A stretch of 59,094 nucleotides of DNA, the filler included, from Globobulimina sp. (taxonomy: Eukaryota), in assembly GCA_003354225.1 (NCBI GenBank). It is 11 parts of 11 records of this genome, joined end to end, with 100 filler letters (N's around TTAATTAATTAA, not from the genome) between each part and the next. Parts side by side here need not be neighbours in the genome. Positions count along the whole stretch, not along the records: positions 21,561 to 26,844 come from PIVH01000644.1; positions 26,945 to 32,224 come from PIVH01000645.1; positions 32,325 to 37,603 come from PIVH01000646.1; 8 more parts are not named here. One strand, given 5' to 3'. The translations under genes and the position numbers were made by a program. How positions within the stretch are numbered: the stretch's first letter is position 1; each line of letters opens with the position of its first letter. Shown one piece after another: positions 22,721-33,670 of this stretch. The notes below the pieces were generated by a model that saw only the letters and a list, made by a program, of their open reading frames with translations, had not been told where the DNA came from and ran no database searches.

Positions 22721-24745
22721 TTATTTTTTATGATCACCAACCTTGTAATCATCGATTCTGTTGTATTTTAGGTTATTCTTAAATACCAGTATTCCTGGTT
22801 CACCTTCTCTAACCTTAAGGAAGTGCATGTATATTAAATCTTTAACTGGCCACGCTTTCGGACCATACTCCTCAATTCCAATCAACTCCGGTCTATGTAA
22901 TACAATTACATAATCTGAAGCTTGGAATAGCGAGTCACCACCAAAAACATCCTTTCTCATTGGAAAATGCAATGATGTATTTGATAATCGTTCAGAGGAT
23001 TCAATTTCTCTATTCATTTGCGATAGTTGAATTATGGTATTTCTACCGTACTTTTTTACTTCCATGAACATCTTTTGTAAATCAGAAAGAATATTTCTTT
23101 CACTTTCTGTTCCTTTACCTTTCGTGAGCAATGTATGGTCTAAAATCGTTATAATCCATTTGCCTTTAGCTTCTGGCGTTCCTGCAAATGATAATATTGT
23201 GTTTTTAACTTCGTCTACTGTACCTGGCATATCCACATAATATATTGGATATTTACTAAGTTCGTAAGCGGTATTTGATATTTTTGAATAATCATCTTCT
23301 GATAAATGATTTGAGGAACTGTACAGTTCTGATGTTGTTTTTTCTAATCGATATGATAGTTTTCTACCTACTTGTCGACTACTTAACCATTTTATGTTAT
23401 CGTAGTTTTTTTAATTACTACTTCTGCAATTTATTTTGTTATATTTGCAGTTCAGACTATATCTTCAACTTTTTGAAATTCCATTTATGAAATTTTCCAT
23501 ATTCATTTTCTTCATATTGATATGGTATAAGTTGTTCCGCTTTCGTGGTAGAATTATTGTCTACTTGAGACTCACTACTAGTCGTTGAACCTTCAAAGGA
23601 ATTGCTTCCTAGGCTTGGCTGCTGATTGTCCTCTTCAGGAGTTTCCAGACAGTTAACGGAATTTGGAGACGTTAATAATTTATAATGCATACAAGGTATT
23701 TGTATTATATAATAATATATTAATGATTGAAATATGTGTCTACTTTTTGATAGTATTCTTGTTTTTTTAGATTTATTTATGCTGGTGTGTATGTTAAATT
23801 TTTTTAATAAATATTTTTGAAATATTTCTAAACTTTTATTATCGAAACAATCTGTAGATAAAAAATAATCTTTTCCATCATTAAAACCATCATCCATAAA
23901 ATGAACAGCTAATGATAAATTAGTATATTTTTCCATAATTTCTCCATTAATTCTTTTTATATTATTATAATAGAATAAATTTTTATAATAATCAAAGTAT
24001 CTATTGTTACTTAGATACATATGATTATAATCATAGTATTTACCTGTTTTTGCATTTGGGGTTTTTCTTGTATATTGTTTTATATTAGATTTTAAATTGG
24101 ATAATTTATCAGATTTCCATTTATTATATTCATATTGAGTTTTTCCATGACTACATTCTATTTTTGAATGTTTATCAGTTTTAGCTTTATACATACTACT
24201 ATCTCCTAATATTGTTCCTATTAATATTTCTTCATTTTCTTGTGTTATTTTAGGATAAATTTTGTCTTTAAAATAAAGTCTTTTGAAATTTTTAATAGTA
24301 GTTTTACTAAAGTTGAATTTTTCAGCTAATTCTTTAGTGGAATATCCGTTATAAATTAATTCTAATATTTCATCTTTGTGATCTTTTATTCTTTTCATAG
24401 TATTGTTATTTAACTATTATACGTGACTACCTTGGTAAGGTTTCACAATTCCATCTCCCAGTTAAATGATAACACTACAAAATCGGTTGCTTTATTAAGG
24501 TCGAATAAATCTGTTTCAAGACTATTTACAAAACTTGATTTACCTGAACCTGATACCCCTGCAATTGTGTAGATTGTATTTGGTTCTACACCACCCATGC
24601 ATCTTTTGTTAAATTTTGGCCATCTCGTACGTAGAGATCTAACTCTACCGTTTCTTCTATCATCAATGTACTTAACAATTTCTTTTGCTGCTTCACTGAT
24701 GTGTTTATATTCCAATGTGGAATAATTATTCGAGGTCTGTACCAT
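22721..24745 (-). CDS. dnaB: DnaB-like (SF4) replicative helicase, 319 aa after removing the group I intron (exons 24745-24453 and 23387-22721)
   Basis: Walker A GVSGSGKS; splicing restores FNWEM-LSSRQVGR; ILDH, LSQMNR, DVFGGDSLFQASD, KVREGE; exons total 960 nt. Confidence 0.9.
23388..24452 (-). ncRNA. Self-splicing group I intron (IA2-like), 1065 nt
   Basis: 5' exon ends in U and intron ends in G; P (AACUGUCUGGAAAC), Q (AAUCAGCAG), R (GUUCAACGACUA), S (AAGAUAUAGUC) elements; P3 UUCCG/CGGAA; IGS UUAACGUCUCC at 23675-23665. Confidence 0.93.
23457..24398 (-). CDS. Intron-encoded two-motif LAGLIDADG homing endonuclease with N-terminal HTH
   Basis: ILIGTILGDSSM and LAVHFMDDG motifs; ELIYNGYSTKELAEKFNFSKTTI HTH. 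Confidence 0.88.
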   Translation of the reverse strand: MKRIKDHKDEILELIYNGYSTKELAEKFNFSKTTIKNFKRLYFKDKIYPKITQENEEILIGTILGDSSMYKAKTDKHSKIECSHGKTQYEYNKWKSDKLSNLKSNIKQYTRKTPNAKTGKYYDYNHMYLSNNRYFDYYKNLFYYNNIKRINGEIMEKYTNLSLAVHFMDDGFNDGKDYFLSTDCFDNKSLEIFQKYLLKKFNIHTSINKSKKTRILSKSRHIFQSLIYYYIIQIPCMHYKLLTSPNSVNCLETPEEDNQQPSLGSNSFEGSTTSSESQVDNNSTTKAEQLIPYQYEENEYGKFHKWNFKKLKI

Positions 24746-25304
24746 ATTTATTTTCATCTTTAGGTGTATCGTTCATTCTTTCTTGGTATAATGTATAACT
24801 TTCTTCCATTAACCATTTAGGTAACCTTTTCATATATTTCAAGGTACCATCTTTTGTTCTTAATTTAACTTCAAATTTAAGGGCATCTAAGATAATTGTG
24901 TGTTTCTTAAGTTTATCGTTAGTGAGAGCACTATATTTCTTCTTACAACGCTTTAAATCGCTTCTAAGGTAGTCTGTAGTACCATCAGGTCTAATAACCC
25001 TGGTAGGGTATATTTCTAACAACTCATCGAAGAAGTTTCTATCTTTAACTTCATCAATTAATGCTTTAAATTTGTTCCTTATAATAATTTTATCATAATC
25101 CAGATCATTTATTGAATTTATACTTGCAATAAATCTGGACTCTGATAACGTTACTAATATTTTAATAAGATTTTCTTCTCCTATTTCTGATTTGATTTCA
25201 TCTATTTTATTAAATTCTCCGATAAGGAGTAAATATCCTATTAAGTATTGTAATAACGTCAAATTGTTACTTTCAATATTACTAGTATCTACTTCTATGA
25301 TCAT
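24726..25304 (-). CDS. Phage protein upstream of the helicase (possible initiator/loader)
   Basis: Overlaps the helicase start; FDELLEIYP...KYMKRLPKWL resembles phage replication-protein C-termini. Confidence 0.55.
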   Translation of the reverse strand: MIIEVDTSNIESNNLTLLQYLIGYLLLIGEFNKIDEIKSEIGEENLIKILVTLSESRFIASINSINDLDYDKIIIRNKFKALIDEVKDRNFFDELLEIYPTRVIRPDGTTDYLRSDLKRCKKKYSALTNDKLKKHTIILDALKFEVKLRTKDGTLKYMKRLPKWLMEESYTLYQERMNDTPKDENKYGTDLE

Positions 25305-25307
25305 GAT

Positions 25308-25655
25308 TTAGAATTTAATTATATTATTAATTCTTTTAATATTAGATTTAATTCTTTCCATTTCTAGTTCTAATATATCCTTCTTGTCATGAAATTTACT
25401 TTTAAGCTTATGGTGAATATTCTTTTTAGCTTTAATGTAAATTTGTATTTCATGAATATCATCTGAATCTAAATTAAAATTAAATTCATCAATGATGTAC
25501 TCAGATATTTCCTCTTTGTCAGTTTCAATATCTTGAGTAAAGAGGTTTCTATTATTATTAATCTGTTGTTTAGCAACGTCATAAAGTAAACATAAAAATG
25601 GGAAGTTTTCTGGATTTTCTATTGTTATTCCAATATGTTTATAATAGTTTGTCAT
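25308..25655 (-). CDS. Phage hypothetical protein
   Basis: ORF packed in the operon. Confidence 0.7.
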   Translation of the reverse strand: MTNYYKHIGITIENPENFPFLCLLYDVAKQQINNNRNLFTQDIETDKEEISEYIIDEFNFNLDSDDIHEIQIYIKAKKNIHHKLKSKFHDKKDILELEMERIKSNIKRINNIIKF

Positions 25656-25677
25656 AATCTGATAATATATTTAGTTA

Positions 25678-26139
25678 TTATTTCTTCATTACATTATTAA
25701 ATGCTTCCACATAGTGTGGTGGTAAAAATGTTTTTCTTTTATCATTATATGCTCTTATTGCATGTATATGATCTTTATCTAAATCTTTTATTAATTTAGT
25801 AATTGGTTCATCTAATCTATTTTCATCTTTATCAAATACTGATGTCCAGAATAGACATTCTTCTGGTGCTATTCCTTGTTCAATAAGAATAGTATAGCAT
25901 TCATCATAAAACCATATACCTGGTGTATTACCTATGATTTCTAATGCAATAAGTACTTGTGATATTCTAAGATCTGGATTTTCTTCCCAATATTTTTTAA
26001 TTTTAGGAATTCTTTCTGTAATAAGAGCAGAAAATGTTCTTGCATCATATTCAGAATTGAATAGATTCCATTGATTATGTAATAATTTAAACCAATTTAC
26101 TTTTTCTATAAAGTTTTGTATTCTATGCTTTGATCTCAT
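25678..26139 (-). CDS. Phage hypothetical protein
   Basis: ORF packed in the operon; WEENPDLRISQ motif. Confidence 0.7.
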   Translation of the reverse strand: MRSKHRIQNFIEKVNWFKLLHNQWNLFNSEYDARTFSALITERIPKIKKYWEENPDLRISQVLIALEIIGNTPGIWFYDECYTILIEQGIAPEECLFWTSVFDKDENRLDEPITKLIKDLDKDHIHAIRAYNDKRKTFLPPHYVEAFNNVMKK

Positions 26140-26169
26140 TTTTTGAAAGTTTTTTAATTTTTGTATAAT

Positions 26170-26844
26170 TTAAAATAATTTTAATTGATTGTCATATACT
26201 TGATTAATAATTTTATATGTTTCAGAAATATAATAATTATAATTAATATCATAATTATCTTTTTCTGTGTATTTGTTGAATGGGATTATGGTGTGCCCAC
26301 TTTCTATATTTACCAATCTCCCGTCCTCATGTCTTTTTAATAATGTACCACCTTTAGTGGATACATAATATCGAATATTTTTAGTTAATCCTCTAATGTT
26401 CTTTTCATTATTAATTACATTATGGTATTCTGCTTTCCAACCTTTAGTGGTTTTATATGATTTACAGAAGTCATAGATATCCTTATGATTTCGTATAGTT
26501 TCTTCAGGCTTGATTCCATCCTTATAATATTTTGATAATGCGATTTTAACAATTTTTTGTGAATGGTTTTTATGTATTTCTTTTTCAAGTTCAAAAGTTC
26601 CTTTACGTTTGATTTCTCCATTGGTAAATACACCGAGATAATTGTTTACATCTCTTAGTATTAACTTATCATATTCATCAAATTCTAATGTCAGATTTGT
26701 TTTATCTTCCCAGTCATAACATAATTGATAGTATTCTTCTAATCTATTTTTAGGTACTATGCATTCCATACCGTCAGTATTTACCATTAACATCTTGAAT
26801 CCCTCAAGTTGTAAGGTCTCTACTAGCATAGATAGTAGTAATTG
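26170..26844 (-). CDS. Family B DNA polymerase, C-terminal part (5'-partial)
   Basis: QLLLSML, VNTDG (motif C), RDVNNY, KRKGTF; this style is typical of crAss-like phage PolB. Confidence 0.85.
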   Translation of the reverse strand, partial: QLLLSMLVETLQLEGFKMLMVNTDGMECIVPKNRLEEYYQLCYDWEDKTNLTLEFDEYDKLILRDVNNYLGVFTNGEIKRKGTFELEKEIHKNHSQKIVKIALSKYYKDGIKPEETIRNHKDIYDFCKSYKTTKGWKAEYHNVINNEKNIRGLTKNIRYYVSTKGGTLLKRHEDGRLVNIESGHTIIPFNKYTEKDNYDINYNYYISETYKIINQVYDNQLKLF

Positions 26845-27056
26845 NNNNNNNNNNNNNNNNNNNNNNNNNNNNNNNNNNNNNNNNNNNNTTAATTAATTAA
26901 NNNNNNNNNNNNNNNNNNNNNNNNNNNNNNNNNNNNNNNNNNNNTCCTTCAAAATACATTCAATTGCTACAATAAAGAAACGATAGTTTTTGTGCAGAAA
27001 CTGTCGTTTTTACGAGTAAAGCTAGAATTTGTTACTAAAAAGTTTGAAGTGACCTC

Positions 27057-27701
27057 ATGGCAGAAGCTAAAGAAACGGATGCGTTAAAAAACGTTGTTGA
27101 AGTTCAAGCAATTCATCCAGAACAAGGAGCAGATTCGCCACCACAACTTCAACATAGTTTTAGTAAACGGGCGGGCCTATACATTGCCCAACATCAAGAA
27201 AAAGCGACAAAAGAGCAAGTGGCCTGTATTGCAACATTTGCATTGTTACTTGTCTCGGCGCCAGCAATTGCGGCTGTTATTATTGCATCGGGATATAACA
27301 GCGATACCTCAGCATGCAATGATAATACGCAATTGCAGCAATATGTAATTGATCCACAAATATATTTGTATGTTGCAGGTGGTGTACAATTAGGAATGTC
27401 TGTTATTTATTTTTTTACGCAAATAATTGCATTTGTATGTTTTAGTACAAATACATGGATGAACATAAAGTTTTGCGTTTCTCGTGGGATTTGTCGTTTT
27501 ATTTCATCATGTTATCCATTATGGCATTTACTGTGGGCATGTATCGGAATTTATGTGTATGCAATTGAAATGAGTCCACAATGTCAGAAAACGGATGTTG
27601 GTGTCATGATATTGGTGTGGTGTATTATTGAATTTGTTGGCGTTTGTTGTATTTCATGCGGTGTTGTTTGTTTTGCAATGGCTTTGCAAGCAGCCAAATG
27701 A
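27057..27701 (+). CDS. Four-TM membrane protein, hypothetical
   Basis: 214-aa ORF with four hydrophobic segments and a Cys-rich C-terminus. Confidence 0.75.
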   Translation: MAEAKETDALKNVVEVQAIHPEQGADSPPQLQHSFSKRAGLYIAQHQEKATKEQVACIATFALLLVSAPAIAAVIIASGYNSDTSACNDNTQLQQYVIDPQIYLYVAGGVQLGMSVIYFFTQIIAFVCFSTNTWMNIKFCVSRGICRFISSCYPLWHLLWACIGIYVYAIEMSPQCQKTDVGVMILVWCIIEFVGVCCISCGVVCFAMALQAAK

Positions 27702-28017
27702 GACTGATTATATATTTTCAAATATGTTGTGATTATGTTTTCGAATTCAATGTAACTTTATTTTATCTGCATTGGCCGGTTTTTGGTGTGTTGTTTCCTC
27801 TTAGATTTGTATACCCAAAGTACACGGATGTCATATCAACTGCGGATTGAATTGGTAGGCTTTCCTATCGGACAAAAATGTATTGAAGCCGTGTTTTTAA
27901 TCTATTGATCATGTTCCTTGGAAAGTTTTTTAAAGTGTGAAGTCTCACATGACCGAAATGTGCAAGGATAATATAAAACAATTAGTTTTTGTCGATCGTT
28001 AGTTGATCATTCTTTCA

Positions 28018-28547
28018 TTAAACAAGCTTATTTGCAGGATCATCGATTTGATATCCATCAACAAAATGGGGTCTATTCCTTGGATCATATTTTTGATTAT
28101 GTGAATATTTCCATTGAAGCGGCGTATATTGATAACCAAAATAATTCCATATGTTATTCTTGCCAGGCACTATTGGTGGGGGTCCAAAATTATTATGCCA
28201 GTCAATTTTATGCGCATCAGATTCAATACACCATCGATATACAAATATACTCCACCAACATGCATTCACCATAAAATCAGCGAAGAGCATTGTGATCCAA
28301 TCCAACTGATCTTTGAATGCCCATCTCTCTAACCATGTTGCGTCCGGCGGCAATGGTGCTTAATTTTTACGTTTCTTTATTTTAATATTATGTTTCATAA
28401 CATACCACAATATAACATACCATGCGTCCATTCTCCTGAGAATAATCGTCTTTGCAATCTTCGCAATGGGTTATTAGATCGATATACAATGCTTGTGGCT
28501 GTTTTGTGGGCACTGTTACGTAGAACCAGCCTATTAAAGACGCTCAT
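28018..28547 (-). CDS. Small mitochondrially targeted membrane protein (possibly complex I NDUFB2-like), 2 exons
   Basis: Intron 28420-28359 in frame; Arg/Ser-rich presequence ending LQRRLFS; single TM NACWWSIFVYRW. Confidence 0.5.
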
Positions 28548-28626
28548 TCTTTGCACTTTGCTTTTTTTTCAGTTTTTTTTTAAAAACATTATACTATTAC
28601 TTCAATTTTACCTTACTAGTTATATC

Positions 28627-31600
28627 ATGGGCAATGGAGCCTTATTTTCAACCCTTTTCCTTCTAATAAACATATCTCTCATTCACACAACTGATTATGC
28701 GTGCACTCCTTCACCGTACACGCAAATATGCGATATCAGCTTTGTAGATGGCACCTATGCATGCGATGAATGCCTCAATCTTTTATTTACTGACTATGGT
28801 ATGTCAGATGACAGTAACGCATATTATCATTATTATGTAGTTGCTATTTCTGTTTGCTACACAGAGCTGGAAGCAACGTTGCATTATTCGACAAAAGAAA
28901 GCGATGGCAACCAATATCGGCAAAGAGCACAACATGCATTTTATTCGAGCCTTATTTATTTGTTGACGGATGAAACAGATCAATTCAGGAAAGCCATCGA
29001 CACAGAATGTGATTGTATTGATGGCATCAAGCAGCACATTGGCATATTGGTAATGGAGCAGTTTATGGCAGATAGTCGCCGAAGAATGTTGTTACAAACA
29101 TCGATGTCGTATACAATGAGCATTGCAATCAGCACTGATTTGGAGATTATTAATGCAGAAATAGTCAAATTATTTCATGATGAAAGGTTTAAGTATTTAT
29201 TTGCGGCAAATATGCTGTCATTTGATGATAGTTTCGAGGTAAACCGCATTTCCTTAGCATCGGACATCGATGATAATGCCGTGTCGGCTGCAGCGGATCG
29301 ACAAATTATGCGATGGATCACCATCGTAGTCATTTGTATTTTGGGCGTTGTGCTCATCATTGCTACGATTGGCACCGTGCAAATGTATGCTTATGATGTC
29401 ACGATTTATGTGACTGGCATTTTATTATTTGGCCTATATACATGGTATGTTGCTTGCAGCTGAAAACGCATTTGTTGGCTCAAAACAAAATGATATAAAC
29501 AGGGACTTTTACAGTGACATTTTGTTTTCGTATGAAGTATGGATAAGTTATGCGGTATCGACAAGGGAGCAAACCGCCTTTTTACTTTTATTCGTCGCCT
29601 GTTTAATATTTTTAATTTTGCCAATTATAGCGTCGATATTGAGCTTATTCCGATTTCAGGACAAATGGAGAGAGGACGCGTCGATCGGAGACCATGTAAC
29701 GGGATGGAATCGCGACTGGAGCACATATTTGTTAATGTTGACCATATTATCGGGCTCCAGTTTTGCTGCAGTCAACATTTTAAATTCTCGTGTTTTCGGC
29801 CATCCATTATTTTGCATGGGATTATCGTATCGACATTTAAAAAAGTTCGAGAATCAGAGGTTGTGGGGAGTCATTCTCTCGGAAAACATCCCCCAACTCA
29901 TTATACAGGCTATTTTTTTCTGGAAATCGTCGCAGCAATTTTCAAACATCTTAATCTTAGCCTTTGTGTCGAGTTTGTTGTCGATTATTGTGGCACTGAT
30001 CGATATTTATAACAACAAACGCTTATTTGGGCAGTTTAACAAAGGCGACGACTATCAGACTATCCTCAAAGTGCCAGTGATATCGCACGAAGTTGCGGGC
30101 AAACAATGGATATTAGCACTCGCAACGCATAGATTTAACGAGGTATTTAGTAAAATCATAGGCGTCGATAAATATGCCATTGAGGTTGATTTGCCTTCGC
30201 CGGATCAGAATGGCTTAGTTATCAATTTTTCAGTGCGCACTGTCGATATCTCGCCAAAGGAAATCGTCGATGCTATGATCAAAGCGCAGAGAAATGGAGC
30301 AATGGCGAAATTTATTCAGGAAGCATGGAATTTGGAGAAAGCGCCACTTTTGGGACGACTCAAAGTGAGGCAAATATGTCAAACAAAAAACGTTTCCAAA
30401 TTTCAGAAACGTTTTTCAATTTGAAAAACACTTTTTTTTGGTGGATCTGAGAAACGTTTCTGAAAATTTGCAATTTTTTATATATTGTTAAGTTTGAACA
30501 AATTGGCAGAAAGCAAACCGATTTAGCCGTTGACAGCGCGATAGAAATGGTGAACCCATTGAGTTCTGACGGTAAGAAACTAGTATTCAACGATGATGTA
30601 ACTACACTGAGCTATGATGGCAGGGAGTCAGTGTCCACCGAGAGGCAACGAACCAGCACAGTGGAGGCCAAACCGTACGATGCTATCGAAGCGACCACCA
30701 AACACAAGCTCAAAGAAGAAAAAAAGAAAAAGAAGAGATCGAAGACGTCCATGATACCGGAGGATGAAGTGATTAATGTGCGGGAAATGAGAATCGAATC
30801 CGAGCCGACATTGCCTGCTCAAACAACGACGTCTATATATAACGCAGCAAAGAGTTACAGCAACACCACCAATGACACGGATGTGATGGAAGTGGTACTC
30901 GAAGATATTCCGCAGGCACAGACCCAACTAAGTTACAGTAAGAGTGAGAGCACTTTGCCGCGGCAGAAAACGGGCGCGCATACCAAGAAAATGAGAGATA
31001 TCGGAATGAGTGGCTTGGCGCAATCGAATAAGATCACTAAGAAGGAAATTGCGACACCGATATCGTCGCAAGGACAGACTATCAAAGATTTGATTAGCAA
31101 TGATCCACAAACACAGTTTCGACATCATGTGCAACGCGTTGGTGCGGCACCATCTTCTCCGGAATTGTATGGACATAATAATAGCAATAATAATAGTAAG
31201 CAGGTGGCCTATCACCATGGCCATGCGCAGACTTATCATAATATGCCAACCAATATGATATATGATATAAATAATAATAATATTAATAATTACGGAATGC
31301 AGCAAGAATTCCAACAACAAGCACAATATAATTATAACCAATATGGTGGATATGCGGCATCGGCGACCAATTTGAATAATAATTATAATTATAATGCAGG
31401 CGGTAATCATCAGCAACATTATCAGCAGAATCCGCAAATGCATTCGGCGTCGACTATGGATTTCGCGCAGAATGAAAATTATAATAATAATAGACAGGAA
31501 GAGGTGGAGCATTCTACATTTGTACCACCGTCGCCACAGAATGAGGTTGGTAAATATATGCAATACAAACATAACCGGCAACTACGTGGCGAGGAAAAGA

Positions 31601-31854
31601 AAATGCGACAACAAAAAGAGAAACAAGAAAGACGATTGGAAAAAGCACCCAATTTAAGTAAAATTGAATCGATGAATGAAATGGATATAAATCGACAACA
31701 ATGGACTGGAAATAATAATAAATATGCAAATAATCGGAATAATAACAGAGGTGTACAATTTGCAAAGAACATTGGGAATCATAATGAAGAGGAAAGTAAT
31801 AATATGCCACAAATAGTGAATGAAATGCAACAATCTTCTACCAATCAGTATTGA
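28627..31854 (+). CDS. Signal peptide + Cys-rich ectodomain + multi-TM (XK-like ENIPQLIIQ) domain + long N/Q-rich tail, 3 exons
   Basis: Introns 29445-29502 (YTW|DFYSD) and 30365-30492 join three ORFs in frame. Confidence 0.75.
30397..30470. repeat. Inverted repeat (22-23 bp arms) inside an intron
   Basis: caaatttcagaaacgtttttca ... tgagaaacgtttctgaaaatttg. Confidence 0.75.
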
Positions 31855-32324
31855 TACCTTTTCTATGAATGTATACATTTTTTGTTGTGATGTTTGTTCT
31901 TTTTATTAATATGAATTCATTTTATGCGGTTTGTTTGAATTGAAGATGATCACTGCAATGTTTCTGTTACAATAACGACGATGGTTTGGACTGTGGAAAC
32001 GTTGTATTGCGTTGTGTAAATTGGTGGTGTTTAAAAACACCTGGTTTGATCAATTCAATTCAATTCAAAATATAATGATAATATATAATATATTATCGAT
32101 CGATACTATTTTGTATTTGCAATGTATAGTTGCAGTGCTTTCTGTGCCTCCATCTGGCAATGCTTTGCGAATTCGCCGGGTAAACATAAGCGAACCGCAC
32201 ATTTTATGGCTCTGGCATCCATCGNNNNNNNNNNNNNNNNNNNNNNNNNNNNNNNNNNNNNNNNNNNNTTAATTAATTAANNNNNNNNNNNNNNNNNNNN
32301 NNNNNNNNNNNNNNNNNNNNNNNN

Positions 32325-32758
32325 CCCGACTGTGTTTCTCTTTTTCGTTTTGATTTGTTCACAGAAGCTTCGTCATTCACATTCGTCTCTTTCATCTCTA
32401 TCGTTTTTGTTTTGTTATGATGGCCCTCTTTCATCTCTAAATAGCTGAATATATTCACAAATGAAATGTTAACAAATGTTTCTGGGGTTAAATTTTTTTT
32501 AAGTTATTTGAAATAACTTAAAATTAAATACCTTTGATATAATTCAGTTGCAATATATAATATGTCTTTATCTTCAATCACAGTCAATGCGCTCCTATAT
32601 ACGGTTCTTTCTTCTTCTTTATTTAAATCAACAACTCTGAATGCTCTGTCTTTGCCTAAATACTTTTCTTTGTAGTTTGTTTTTGTTACCACACAATAAT
32701 GCGAATCGAGGTGACAATATGTTCCAACTTTTATAATATCGTCTAGTGATATTGACAT
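32325..32758 (-). CDS. Hypothetical protein, probably spliced, 3'-partial
   Basis: Two adjacent same-strand ORFs separated by an intron-sized AT-rich gap. Confidence 0.45.
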
Positions 32759-32865
32759 AATTGTCGATGTTTCTAATCAAAGGTTGCTTTTGCTAAAACT
32801 GGTCGCAATGTTAGCAGTTAGTTATTTATTTTAAGGATTTTCGTTGGAAAAAACAGTGTTGGATC

Positions 32866-33462
32866 ATGCAGTCAGCCCAACTTAGGTTAACAAAGTTGTT
32901 ATCACATTTTGACGGTTTAAACGATGAGAAAGTTGGTACTGATGGTATTGAAATTAATTCAGCCTCAAACAAACGACAGCAACAAAGTGATTCATTGCAA
33001 TCTCCTGGTTCATTCATACCCGGATTAGCCATTTCAAAATTCTTTTCATCCAAAAAACCACTAAAAAAACAAGTGGAACAATTGGGAGAGATTACACTTG
33101 AAACATTGAATAAATACAATTGTAATCATCCAGAAAGACGCTTATTATCATTATTTGGAACTGTATTTGATGTGTCAACAGCAAATAATTTTTATGGACC
33201 AAAAGGTGGTTATAAAATGTTGACCGGACATGATGTCACACTTTGTATGGGCTGCGGTGTAATGGAGGAGAAATGGAGGGATAGATTTGTTCAAATGAAG
33301 GAGAACCACATTGCAGACGCGAGACAATGGCATAAATTTTATGAAGGCAAATATCCAAAAGCTGGTGTATTGATTAAATGGAAACAAGATCAAACAAAGT
33401 GGCCCAAATTAACTGATATGGAAGTCAAAGAATTGGAACAATCCACATGTCTCATCATGTAA
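32866..33462 (+). CDS. Cytochrome b5-like heme/steroid-binding (MAPR/PGRMC-type) protein with CaaX-like end
   Basis: ITLETLNKYN, LLSLFGTVFDVS, FYGPKGGYKMLTGHDVT, FYEGKYP; ends CLIM. Confidence 0.85.
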   Translation: MQSAQLRLTKLLSHFDGLNDEKVGTDGIEINSASNKRQQQSDSLQSPGSFIPGLAISKFFSSKKPLKKQVEQLGEITLETLNKYNCNHPERRLLSLFGTVFDVSTANNFYGPKGGYKMLTGHDVTLCMGCGVMEEKWRDRFVQMKENHIADARQWHKFYEGKYPKAGVLIKWKQDQTKWPKLTDMEVKELEQSTCLIM

Positions 33463-33670
33463 CATATGATTGCCTCTCAATTGTGATTCGAATTCGTGAA
33501 AAGCATTTTGTGAATATATCTGACCATTAAATTACAGTTATTTAATACGGTGATCCGATATTTGGTGCGTGTATAGTGTTAATTTCATATTATATTTTCA
33601 TGATCAACTTTTTTTCAACATAAATTAAACACCACTCATATCTCGAGTTTTTATGTTACTCATTTCGTTC

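Larger units (their letters stand above)
21561..26844 (-). mobile_element. Bacteriophage contig, DNA replication module (crAss-like/Bacteroidota phage type)
   Basis: Co-oriented, tightly packed genes without spliceosomal introns: PolB, DnaB-like helicase, Sak4-like ATPase; intrinsic terminator. Confidence 0.85.

Noticed and set aside
24416-24448. Sigma70 promoter TTGTGA...TATAAT for the endonuclease
   Set aside because: The 21-nt spacing is too long and TATAAT is common in AT-rich DNA; not called as a feature
23388-24452. Intein or frameshifted pseudogene explanation for the split helicase
   Set aside because: The insert has stops in the helicase frame, its own ATG and no intein termini; group I RNA elements and splice rules fit exactly
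21561-26844. Stop-codon reassignment as in some crAss-like phages
   Set aside because: Genes are full length and tightly packed under the standard code; no in-frame TAG or TGA interrupts conserved regions
28390-28626. 5' extension of ORF 28390-29463
   Set aside because: Overlaps the first exon of the opposite-strand gene; the signal peptide starts at ATG 28627
30928-31878. Antisense ORFs rich in Ile/Leu/Tyr (also 46664-46951 and many short shadow ORFs)
   Set aside because: Reverse-frame shadows of AAT/CAA low-complexity coding repeats
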